This document shows, piece after piece, positions 29,327-38,800 of a stretch of 64,000 nucleotides of DNA. Origin of the DNA: a virus; IMG/VR virus record IMGVR_UViG_3300045988_120811, positions 1-64,000 of that record. One strand, 5' to 3'. The position numbers and the translations under genes were made by a program. The stretch's first letter is position 1. Each line of letters starts with the position of its first letter. Below the pieces are notes generated by a model. It saw only the letters and a program-made list of their open reading frames with translations. It did no database searches and was not told where the DNA came from.

Positions 29327-29632
29327 ATGAAAACAAATGAATTAAGGGAAATACTTAAATTGTATGGTCTTCAACATGATGTTGTTATCAACAAAAGTTC
29401 AAGAAGGTATTCTATTATCTTAGATAATAACATAATAGGAACCAATCACGACAAAGAGAGGGTGGTTGTGTTCCGTCCTATACCGGAAGGGAAAAACACA
29501 TTCTGCATGGAGCGAGATAGGTTCTACACGGAGTTTGAAGAAGCTTTTGATGATGATAAAGCCATAGAAGCCGTAAGACAATATTTTGAAAACAATAAAA
29601 CAGAAAGTCATGAACGAAAACGAAATATTTAG
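29327..29632 (+). CDS. hypothetical protein (101 aa)
   Basis: ORF. Confidence 0.5.
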   Translation: MKTNELREILKLYGLQHDVVINKSSRRYSIILDNNIIGTNHDKERVVVFRPIPEGKNTFCMERDRFYTEFEEAFDDDKAIEAVRQYFENNKTESHERKRNI

Positions 29633-29951
29633 ATTAAAGGGCAGAATAGCCATATCCAACCTATCACGTGAGGACAAGGATATGATAAATAGCATCCTTG
29701 ATGGTATCAATAAAAAGGATGAAGAAGAAAAAGGATATCTCTATACCGTGAGAGTAAAACTAAACAACGGAAGGGTTGTGCATGCTACTTTATTTTTTAA
29801 AGACAAGAAAGGCCCTACATTTGAAGATTTAAAGAAGGAGCTTGATGACATGGGAGTTAAAAATGATAGTTATAGCAATAACGGCATAATTATCATTAAC
29901 CGCATTGTCATGAGCGGAGAAGAATTTGACCGCTTTGCAAAAGAAAAATGA
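29586..29951 (+). CDS. hypothetical protein (121 aa)
   Basis: ORF. Confidence 0.5.
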   Translation: MKTIKQKVMNENEIFRLKGRIAISNLSREDKDMINSILDGINKKDEEEKGYLYTVRVKLNNGRVVHATLFFKDKKGPTFEDLKKELDDMGVKNDSYSNNGIIIINRIVMSGEEFDRFAKEK

Positions 29952-29995
29952 TGGACTATATTATTATATCAAATAATTAAAACAACGATAAAACA

Positions 29996-30553
29996 ATGGA
30001 AAAGATGGACAATAATACTAAAAACATCCTTTATCCAAAAGGATCTATTTTTCGCATGTTGGAAAGTGATGTAATCAGTTCCGAATTAGAAATAGCCAGA
30101 GGAGCTATAGTGGAGGCAGTATCAGACATAGAGGTAGATGATGAATATGCTGAGGTTTGTTGCAATGGAGAGACGTTTATCGTAGGAACGGACATTATGG
30201 GTATTATTCCTGTCAAAGTATCCAGAGAAAACAAATCGGTGAAAAATGACATCATTGACGATAAACTACGATGGGATTTACTTCCAATGGAAGAGATTGA
30301 GGACATTGTAAAAGTCTATCATGCTGGTGCAAAGAAATACGGACCCAATAAATGGCAGAACCTTGACAACGGGTTTGAACGGTATCGTGCTGCGGCTGCC
30401 AGACACCTAATGGAATACATGAAAGGGGAAAGAATAGACTCAGATACAGGATGTTTTCATCTTGCACAATGTGCATGGAACTGTATAGCTATGCTGTGGT
30501 ATGACAAGCATGGAAAAGGGTTGATACCATTAAACAAGGAGGAAAAGAAATGA
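29996..30553 (+). CDS. dATP/dGTP diphosphohydrolase N-terminal-domain-like protein (nucleotide pyrophosphohydrolase-like), 185 aa
   Basis: RWDLLP...AGAKKYGPNKWQ...RYRAAAARHL matches the conserved core of the phage dATP/dGTP pyrophosphohydrolase N-terminal domain family. Confidence 0.45.
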   Translation: MEKMDNNTKNILYPKGSIFRMLESDVISSELEIARGAIVEAVSDIEVDDEYAEVCCNGETFIVGTDIMGIIPVKVSRENKSVKNDIIDDKLRWDLLPMEEIEDIVKVYHAGAKKYGPNKWQNLDNGFERYRAAAARHLMEYMKGERIDSDTGCFHLAQCAWNCIAMLWYDKHGKGLIPLNKEEKK

Positions 30554-30858
30554 CAATAGAACAACTAAATTATTTATTAAGAAACGAGCTTTATGCTATA
30601 AAAAATCATAAAGACAATATTGATAGAATCAAAAAAGAATACTTTGATTCCAATTATGGGTTAAAAGAAGGAGATAAGATCCGTATTTTACACGAAGCAG
30701 GAGATGAAATGATAGGCTTCTTGAAAAAAGTTGAAGTATGTGAAGACGGAGATCTGTACTTGACAATCCAAAAACAAAACGAAAAAGGTGACAGAGGCAG
30801 AGGAGCATGGAATATGTATCTATCATCAAAATCAATTAAAATTGAAAAATGTGTATAA
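30550..30858 (+). CDS. hypothetical protein (102 aa)
   Basis: ORF. Confidence 0.5.
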   Translation: MTIEQLNYLLRNELYAIKNHKDNIDRIKKEYFDSNYGLKEGDKIRILHEAGDEMIGFLKKVEVCEDGDLYLTIQKQNEKGDRGRGAWNMYLSSKSIKIEKCV

Positions 30859-30862
30859 TGCC

Positions 30863-32038
30863 ATGAGAGTGTTAAGTTTATTTGACGGAATGTCATGTGG
30901 TCAAATAGCGTTAAAAGAAATAGGGATCACACCTGAAGTATATTATGTATCAGAAATAGATAAGTTTGCTATTAAACAAACGCAATTAAATTTCCCTAAT
31001 ACTATACAAGTAGGAGATGTAAGGGATTTGAATGTAGAAGATCTTGGACACATAGATCTTATTTTAGCCGGCAGCCCATGTAAGGATATGTCCTTTTCTG
31101 GAAAAAGAAAAGGGTTGTCTACCGTAGAAAGAATAGAAATCAAATCACTTAATGAGTATCTTGAATTAAAAAAACAAGGATTTGAATTTGCCGGTCAGTC
31201 TTACTTATTCTGGGAGTTTATTCGTATTTTGAATGATGTAAGAAAAACTAATCCTGATGTATTGTTTCTTCTTGAGAACGTTAAGATGGGAAAGAAATGG
31301 GAGCCGGTATTTGATGATGCTATAGGGTGTAAAGGCAATCATATTAATTCAGCACTTGTTTCCGCTCAAACCAGGAAACGTATTTATTGGACTAATATTC
31401 AAGGCGGCATTATCCCTCAACCTAAAGACGAAGGTTTGACCATAAGTGATATAGCGGAATATGAAGTAGATGAAAAATATTACTTATCTGAAAAAGTTTT
31501 AAACAATTTAGCTTTTCACTTGAAAAGAAATCACGACAAGGGAAATTGTTATGGAGCTAATATTAAAACAAAAGATGAGGAATCCAATACTGTTACCGTA
31601 AAGGGTAAATACATGTACGATCTTATTTGTGTAGCAATGAGAGGTAGGAATCCAGAAAAACCTACATGTAGAGAATCTGGTCTTAAAACAGTTCAGATGA
31701 TTGAATTTAAAAACGATGGAAAATCCAATTGTCTCACAACAGTTCAGAAAGATAATCTTATTTTCCAAATACCAAGAGGATTTAACAAAGGTGGATTTCA
31801 TGAAGATAAGGCTCCAACATTATCTTGTAATTCATATGATAGAAACAATTTTATCATACAGAGAGCATTACATGGCGATTTCAGAATAAGAAGATTAACC
31901 CCTACAGAGTGCTCCAGGTTACAGACTGTACCAGATTGGTATAAATGGGAATGCAGCGAAACCCAACAGTACAAGATGTTGGGGAACGGGTGGACTATTA
32001 AAGTGATTGAACATATACTTAAAAGAATAAAAGAATAA
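30863..32038 (+). CDS. DNA (cytosine-5)-methyltransferase; the ORF track extends to 30788 but MRVLSL at 30863 is the likely start
   Basis: motif I LSLFDGMSCG (FxGxG), motif IV SPCKDMS (PC catalytic Cys), motif VI ENV, motif X GNGWT. Confidence 0.8.
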   Translation: MRVLSLFDGMSCGQIALKEIGITPEVYYVSEIDKFAIKQTQLNFPNTIQVGDVRDLNVEDLGHIDLILAGSPCKDMSFSGKRKGLSTVERIEIKSLNEYLELKKQGFEFAGQSYLFWEFIRILNDVRKTNPDVLFLLENVKMGKKWEPVFDDAIGCKGNHINSALVSAQTRKRIYWTNIQGGIIPQPKDEGLTISDIAEYEVDEKYYLSEKVLNNLAFHLKRNHDKGNCYGANIKTKDEESNTVTVKGKYMYDLICVAMRGRNPEKPTCRESGLKTVQMIEFKNDGKSNCLTTVQKDNLIFQIPRGFNKGGFHEDKAPTLSCNSYDRNNFIIQRALHGDFRIRRLTPTECSRLQTVPDWYKWECSETQQYKMLGNGWTIKVIEHILKRIKE

Positions 32039-32559
32039 TGATTAGAGCAAGATTTTACATTAAAAAATCCGACTGCGGTAACGACTACCGTCCAGTCAAA
32101 TGGCCTATAAAATATCCATATTGGTGTAGTGCAGAATCCAGTAATTCATTTGTATTGGTGGCGTATGCTGAAGATGAAGACAACATAAAAGAACTGTGGC
32201 CGGAGGCGTATGATATTAATGTCTTAGAGAAAGATACCGAAATTAGATTCACATTAAGATTTCCTAAGCCGGAATGGTATGAATTATATGAAGAAATGTA
32301 TGATACATTTGTGTGGATTACAGACACATGTCTGCAAGATGGTAAGATAAGAAAAGTAAAAGCTAAAATAGAAGATTATGATGGTACTTTATTAGCCGAC
32401 ACTCCTGGTCGGTTCACTCCTTATACAATAGGGTATCAAGCTTTTAAAAGTAAAGAAGAAGCTTTGAAATATGCAGAGGAACAGAGAACGGATTTAATTA
32501 AGTCTCTTAAGTTACAAATACATGAACTTGAAAATCTAAAATTTGAATACGATGATTAA
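32038..32559 (+). CDS. hypothetical protein (173 aa)
   Basis: ORF; ATGA-type coupling to the MTase. Confidence 0.55.
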   Translation: MIRARFYIKKSDCGNDYRPVKWPIKYPYWCSAESSNSFVLVAYAEDEDNIKELWPEAYDINVLEKDTEIRFTLRFPKPEWYELYEEMYDTFVWITDTCLQDGKIRKVKAKIEDYDGTLLADTPGRFTPYTIGYQAFKSKEEALKYAEEQRTDLIKSLKLQIHELENLKFEYDD

Positions 32560-33265
32560 CTATGCAGCAAAAGCCAGAAAAGCTTATTTGATAAACAATT
32601 TCGATAAGATCCTTAACAGTCTCAACACGCTTCATTCAACGGTTGAGACCATGACGTTGTTCGTAAACGACCAGGCTTATAATTACATTCTTAAGCTAAA
32701 GGAAGTAATTAAAACCAGTCCTATGTATAAGCACAATATCAAGCGTCTTTTAAATAATATGGACAAAGAGATAAAGAGGTACAATGCTTCTATCTACTAC
32801 ATAAATAAAGAGCGTAGTGAGGTTATAGCTGATATAACACAAGCGATGGAAGATTGTCTCATGCCATACATAGACAATCTGGCCGGCGCTATAAGGGCAG
32901 CCGTGTGGTCGAAGGGTGTGTCCGAGGAGCGGACGGAAGCGGCGGTACTGTCCCTAATCGTATCCTCCTTGGCCACGACATCAGGCAGACTTATCTCAGG
33001 TGGATATCAGATCATGAAAGAAATGGGTGGGGGTCAAGGTGGTAATCCATTTACGTTTATGAGCATTGATAAGATAAGACACTTATCTACATCATTATCT
33101 GATGCTATTACCGGTGGGGAAATAGCTCTTGAGGAAAAAGAAGCCAATGACATAACTAAGGCAATGGATATTTTTATTGAGAAAATGTCTGATTCGGATA
33201 TTGTTGATAAGGTGATCAGCATACTTGAAGAGGCTGAATCTAAAAATAAGGAGGAGCGATCGTGA
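32543..33265 (+). CDS. hypothetical protein (240 aa)
   Basis: ORF; GC-rich island at 32880-32960. Confidence 0.55.
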   Translation: MNTMINYAAKARKAYLINNFDKILNSLNTLHSTVETMTLFVNDQAYNYILKLKEVIKTSPMYKHNIKRLLNNMDKEIKRYNASIYYINKERSEVIADITQAMEDCLMPYIDNLAGAIRAAVWSKGVSEERTEAAVLSLIVSSLATTSGRLISGGYQIMKEMGGGQGGNPFTFMSIDKIRHLSTSLSDAITGGEIALEEKEANDITKAMDIFIEKMSDSDIVDKVISILEEAESKNKEERS

Positions 33266-33453
33266 ATTATTTGGATGGGTATGTAGAAGAAGTTCTTTCT
33301 GAGCCGTACTATGATGATTATGGCTCTGGGGTTTTTAGGTGGTGGGTGAAAGTGTCTTACGTTTGTGAAGGCATAGGAGCTGTCACTACCTTAATGTTTG
33401 ATACGAGAGAAGAAGCAGAGGCAGTAAAAATAGGTTATAAATTTTTATGTTGA
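33262..33453 (+). CDS. hypothetical protein (63 aa)
   Basis: ORF. Confidence 0.4.
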   Translation: MNYLDGYVEEVLSEPYYDDYGSGVFRWWVKVSYVCEGIGAVTTLMFDTREEAEAVKIGYKFLC

Positions 33454-33460
33454 AAATAAT

Positions 33461-33697
33461 ATGAGGTATTTTGTTTTATTGATGGCACTTGTGTTATCAT
33501 CATGTTCGCATGATGATAGTCAGGTTAATAACGGATGGGTTATATATGATTTACGTCCTTTACAGGGTGGACGTGTGATGTATTATGCTGAAGACGAAAG
33601 AATTTCAATATTTAAACATAATAGAATCATAAAATTCGTTAGATACCAAGGGGGATACAATATCGGAGATTCTATTAAGATCGTGAAAGTAAAATAA
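33461..33697 (+). CDS. putative lipoprotein (78 aa)
   Basis: signal peptide plus lipobox-like LVLSSCS at the N-terminus. Confidence 0.5.
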   Translation: MRYFVLLMALVLSSCSHDDSQVNNGWVIYDLRPLQGGRVMYYAEDERISIFKHNRIIKFVRYQGGYNIGDSIKIVKVK

Positions 33698-33698
33698 T

Positions 33699-34187
33699 AT
33701 GGAAAATAATTTAAAACTCGTATGCCCAAAATGTGGCACCCCTCACCAGCCTCATTCTCCGCACACGATGGATGCAGATGGATTTGAAAGGTGTGAGATA
33801 AGAACTGTCATGGAAGACAGGGGATGGTGCTACGAATGCTCTTTTTGGCAAAACTTGTACGACAAGCACAAAGACGATCCTGGATGGGTTAGGATAGACG
33901 GTGTAAGCTGGGTGCTTAAGCCTATGGTGGAAAACGTACCGAGCGGATGGAACAGCCTTGGATGTGGTGGAAGAAAAATGTATATCAATATCGAAGGGAA
34001 AGGCATTGTTACATCAAATAACTGCTGGTGTCAAGGTGATGTTTCGGACGCATTCAAGGATCTTATGCCTGATAATGCTACTTGGGCTACGAAGGAGGAA
34101 TTTGACAAAGCTCCTGTAGTAGGACATATCATAGAAGGTATTGGTTTAGTTTTCACAGATAGGGGAGGTCATGAAGTTAATGCTTAG
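33699..34187 (+). CDS. Cys-rich zinc-ribbon protein (162 aa); last gene of the plus-strand arm
   Basis: CPKCG...H..H and later C..C pairs. Confidence 0.55.
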   Translation: MENNLKLVCPKCGTPHQPHSPHTMDADGFERCEIRTVMEDRGWCYECSFWQNLYDKHKDDPGWVRIDGVSWVLKPMVENVPSGWNSLGCGGRKMYINIEGKGIVTSNNCWCQGDVSDAFKDLMPDNATWATKEEFDKAPVVGHIIEGIGLVFTDRGGHEVNA

Positions 34188-34234
34188 AAACTTATTTCAT
34201 GTTCTGCTTATACAAGAAAAGATGGTAACTACAA

Positions 34235-34273
34235 CAATCCCCAACCATACAATAGGCGTACGGTTGGGGATTG
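34235..34273. terminator. bidirectional terminator hairpin at the convergent arm junction
   Basis: perfect 12-bp stem caatccccaacc...ggttggggattg with a 15-nt loop between the plus gene ending at 34187 and the minus gene ending at 34277. Confidence 0.45.
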
Positions 34274-34276
34274 TTG

Positions 34277-35014
34277 TCATATCGTAAAATTAAGTGTTTT
34301 TTTTAATATCAGATATTCAGTATGAACTTTACTTCCGCCATCATTTATCAAGTCCAAATTAATATAAGCTGTATATGATACATGATGATCACCAGGAGCA
34401 AGACGTTTCATATCTGATAAGAACATAGAATTTAAACCTTGGCCAGACCATGATTCTGGATATGGCAAAGGTTTAAAGTCGGCGTCTGTACATCTTACAA
34501 CCCAAGTAAGATTAGGATCTGCCCTAACTATTCTATCATGAGGTCCATCAATTACAAGATCTGGCATCTCATATTGGTAACTATCATAATTAAGGACAAT
34601 AGGATCACCAAAGTTTACACCGTATATAGCAGCAGGTGGAGTAAAGCTTGTTATTAAAAAGGTTCTATTAATCCTATTGGTTGTTCTTAGCGTAAACTCA
34701 TCAGGTGCTATCACACTTACTCTAAATCCATAATAAGGAGAGGTTGTTAAAGCAATAGCAAGAACCACCGAATCCTGTTCAAGCAATTCCTCTGTCGTAT
34801 CAACCTGACTATCGATCTCTTGCCTATCTTCCATTGGAACACCGCCTTGGACACTTATGGAATCCAGCCGTTCTTTTTTAGACAGAAAGATAAATTGCCC
34901 GCCCTGTGGAATGGTGCCTACTTTCTTTCCTTCTACGATTACCCCCCCCCCTATACAATCGCTAACTATCTTATACTCATATAGTTTAGCATTATTTTCA
35001 AATCTTCTTCTCAT
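34277..35014 (-). CDS. MRRRF-family small virion/tail-tip candidate (245 aa) with a G-homopolymer tract
   Basis: starts MRRRFENN...; IGGGV encoded by a 9-10 nt G run (plus-strand C run about 34941-34950); unique C-terminal domain. Confidence 0.6.
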   Translation of the reverse strand: MRRRFENNAKLYEYKIVSDCIGGGVIVEGKKVGTIPQGGQFIFLSKKERLDSISVQGGVPMEDRQEIDSQVDTTEELLEQDSVVLAIALTTSPYYGFRVSVIAPDEFTLRTTNRINRTFLITSFTPPAAIYGVNFGDPIVLNYDSYQYEMPDLVIDGPHDRIVRADPNLTWVVRCTDADFKPLPYPESWSGQGLNSMFLSDMKRLAPGDHHVSYTAYINLDLINDGGSKVHTEYLILKKTLNFTI

Positions 35015-35018
35015 AATT

Positions 35019-35636
35019 TCATAAAATTAATTCAGTAAAAGGGCGGACATAATGTGAACTACCCCTTGAACCTGTATCCAAATGATCTCCTTGGATGTTT
35101 ATATCATAATACCACGAATAGGAAAATTTTGTATTTCGAGTGGATGTCCACATTCTATTACTCATTATCGTACCTCCTACCATTAAAAGGCATTCGTTTA
35201 TTTCATTCGCATACAATGATATCAAAAAAAACTCTCCGGCGCCACCTACATATCCATTTTGACCATTTTTAAATAAATAGCTATTAGCTTTATTAAAAGC
35301 GTAATCTGTATTACTGGTATCATATTCAAGATACGCATTCTGATTTTCACGCCCCCAATAATCCTTTTTAATAGTTCCCATATTAGAACTATCTTGTGCA
35401 AATATATTGTCTATTTCTCCATCCTTACCCCAACGAAATGTGCCAATATATTCGGTGGCTATAACAAAACACACTTTATCTACAAGAGCTATTCCATTGC
35501 ATAGATCATTGGAATATCCTTTATTAGACCAATTTTCTTTCGTATATAATCCTCCGTCTACATGTTGGATATATAAGCCTTTATTGATTATAAGCGAAGG
35601 ATTTACCCCCCCCCCTATTTGAAATCTTCTTCTCAT
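35019..35636 (-). CDS. MRRRF-family protein with a DUF1566 (Lcl C-terminal)-like domain, 205 aa
   Basis: starts MRRRFQIGGGV with a 10-nt G run (plus-strand C run 35607-35616); C-terminal MWTSTRN...SYSWYYDIN...SHYVRPF resembles the DUF1566 signature common in Bacteroidetes. Confidence 0.55.
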   Translation of the reverse strand: MRRRFQIGGGVNPSLIINKGLYIQHVDGGLYTKENWSNKGYSNDLCNGIALVDKVCFVIATEYIGTFRWGKDGEIDNIFAQDSSNMGTIKKDYWGRENQNAYLEYDTSNTDYAFNKANSYLFKNGQNGYVGGAGEFFLISLYANEINECLLMVGGTIMSNRMWTSTRNTKFSYSWYYDINIQGDHLDTGSRGSSHYVRPFTELIL

Positions 35637-35675
35637 TTTTTTTGCAAGATACTATTTTTTTTCATAACAAAAGAA

Positions 35676-35712
35676 ACCGGTTCCCTATCATCTCTGACTG
35701 AGAACCGGTAAG
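35676..35712 (-). terminator. intrinsic terminator downstream of the 2148-aa gene
   Basis: 8-bp stem accggttc...gaaccggt followed on the minus strand by a U-rich tract ttcttttgtt. Confidence 0.45.
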
Positions 35713-35845
35713 AAAACAATTTCAGAAAAAATTTAACCTACATAATCTTTCAAGTAAGAACAAAAAACGTACAATCTACTCTTTGACGATGCTAATATAA
35801 CATATTGGAATCATACAAAAACAATGCAAGTCCGATATTCTTCGT

Positions 35846-38800
35846 CTACTTGTAGCTAACATCATCGTCCCCTTCCGAATCAGGAGTAGCGCCGATGAAG
35901 AACATCATTGACTTGTTGTTCGTCTGCTGCCACCAATTATAGGCGCGCGCTACGTCTTCCGGCGTCTTGATATTATACCATTGTTTGATAAACGTCTGTT
36001 TGGCGAGTTGCCTAAATAACTTAGACTCTCCCTTGTATGTACCGGATGTTACTTTATCAAGTGAATAATTCCTAAGATCGGTAAGATCCTTCAGTTTTCG
36101 CCCCATAACAAACGGATCGTTAATGATATCTACCACGTTAAGCTCCATAATAAACGGCATCTGTGAAGCTATTTCGTTTATGGTTCTGAATCCGACATAG
36201 GATCCAAATTGAGTAAGCCAACTTTCTTCGTTTTCATCATCATCACGCCATCCGGCAAGAAGCATAGATACGGCTTGCATGATAAGAAACGTGCCGGCAT
36301 AGACACTGAGGCGTTTGAGATTAGTTTTTTCTACCTCATTCATATTGTCTTTATTTTCGTTCCAGGCATCTATGATGTTTTTCATACCAGACTCGGAAGC
36401 CAGGCTAAATGTTTTGGATATCATATTCTTTAACGTAATTGACAACCCTTCCTCTTCTTGCATTGTCTGGAAATTGAAGCCACGTCTTTTCCACAGACGT
36501 TGAGCTGCCAGCACCAGCCAGCCTCGGTGGGCGGTCATGAACCTGGCTATCCAGTTGCGCGATGCGGCAGTTCGGTTTTCTTCATTCAAAGATCCGTTAC
36601 ATATCTGCGACAAGCTACGGACTTGATTCCTGGTTATAGCCATCTGGGTTTCAACTTCCTCAACAGTAACACCTGATCCGGGCTTTACAACCACCTTCCC
36701 ATCCACGACATCTACCATACTCCATAAAGTACGATCTTTTAATGCATTCCATTCTCTTTTTATGGTACTCTGTTCTTTATTGCGTTCTTTTTCCATCTTG
36801 AAATCTTGGAACGTGTAGAACCGGCCTTTGTAATAACGAACATTGTCCATAGTAGCAATCATAACCTGCGGATCAAGAGGGTAGTTCAGGATTTCCATAA
36901 AAGCATACATAGGTGAACGCATTAAGGTCCTGGCCACTCTATTGTATCCGGCACCATACATACGATTTCGGATATTGAATATCCCCATTCTCTCACCTAT
37001 GACATATAATTTGCTTTTCCTATCTATGTCTCCGGTTTCTGCTATACAAGATGGCGCAAGACGGGAAAACTCAGCCGATGCGTATTTAAGGGAATCTTTG
37101 CTTATATACTGTCCTACGGCTGATTCCATGATGAGGTTGATATGGCCGGTAAGGGCGCCGGTAGCTGCCACAAACGGGGACAGTGCCAAGTTCATGACCG
37201 ACATAAATCTTTCAACGGCCATCATTATCCTGGTAAGGTCTACTGTGTATCCACCGATGTTTACCGTCAGTTTTTTGGTGTTCATCCTAATGCCATAATA
37301 ATGGTCATTGAAGAAGTCCCTGAACATCTGATATGCTTGGGTTGCTTCAGCTTTCTTCCCGCCTTCAAATTGCTTATTCAGCAACATCTGTTCCAGTCCT
37401 TGGGCAAGCTCTATAGACTTCTGCTTTTCATTGTATAACGATGACTGCATCATAAGCATCGAATAAGAGTAGCCAAAATCGTGAGATACATCATCTTGGT
37501 TCTCCAATTCATATATGTAGTATTTAGGTATAGACCTAAGTCTGTCTTCCGGATCATATACTTCCCCTTGTCTGGTTTTACCGTATAAAGAATCGTCTAC
37601 TCTGTCCAGGCACAGATCTGATACAAAATTACGAACCGTATTTTTGAAGTTAATACCCAATCCTTCTATACGTTCTATATCTTGTTTTGATATCTGTGGA
37701 ATAGCATACAGGTTCGGGCTCTGCTCTTTGTATAGATCAAGTGATTGTCTTTTTATTTCCTTGAGTTTTTGAATCATATTCCACTGATCTACGTTTTTAG
37801 TAGCAACTTCATTACCGTCAGCATCATACTTGATACCAAAGTCATTGAAATACGATTCGTCACGATACAGGCTTTTCTTAGGCATGCGATGACCATACCC
37901 ATGATCTTTTACATAATCAGGATTACGGCCGCTATTTTCGGCTTCAGATTCAGCCACCCATGCCCTTGCAGGGTCGAAAGAAAGGTACGATATGTCCATG
38001 CCATAATCTTGGGTGGATGTACCGTTTTGTACGTCCTTAACCATCTGCGCCACATCTATCTCACCTCGACCGATTTTGTCGATCATGGCCGCATATCCGG
38101 TAGGCGCCATGCGTTTATAGTACGAAAAAACCTGGCTCCTGGCAAATTCATTAACAATAGCATTAGCTTCTTCTATGCCCGCTTTTATGTCAGCTTCTAT
38201 ACCCTCTTCTCTTGTATTATTTAAAAATAAGCTGGCCATCTTAGCATTAACAGCATTCCTGAAATCTCTACCGTCTAATTCTTTGCTTATACCAAGCTTT
38301 TCTGACAGGTAGTTGGTTTCAGATACGGTAAACAGATATCGGTTATCAGCAGCCTTAAACAGCTTATCCCTTAAAGCCTGAATCCTTTTTGCTTTCTTCG
38401 CCGTAGTATGACGTTGTACGAACTTCCATTCCACTTCCTTGGAGTCAGCAAGAGCATTTAAATAAGACTGATTTACTTCGTTTTCAGCCTTACTGCTTTT
38501 AGTAAGGTACTTATCAATATCTTCAAGACCCACCATCTTAGCATAATCTATCAAAATAGCGTAATCGGTTTCAATAGCTTCGGATGCGGCCCTAAAAGCA
38601 TCTCTTTCAGATGAGGTAAATGTCGCTTCGTTAATTTCTCCGATATCAGCCACATCGCGATTGTTTCCGATTATTTCCTTGATAATGGCCTTATTTTTTT
38701 CTATATCTTTTACAATCGAGTCCACGTCAGTCGCATCTCTATCACTTGTCGTAGAACTAATGATATCATGCGCCATTTTAAGATACGAAGCCTTGTTATT

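Noticed and set aside
34941-35616. Poly-C/G runs as sequencing artefacts
   Set aside because: Cannot be excluded from sequence alone, but two runs of equal length at equivalent codon positions of paralogous genes argue for real, selected tracts.
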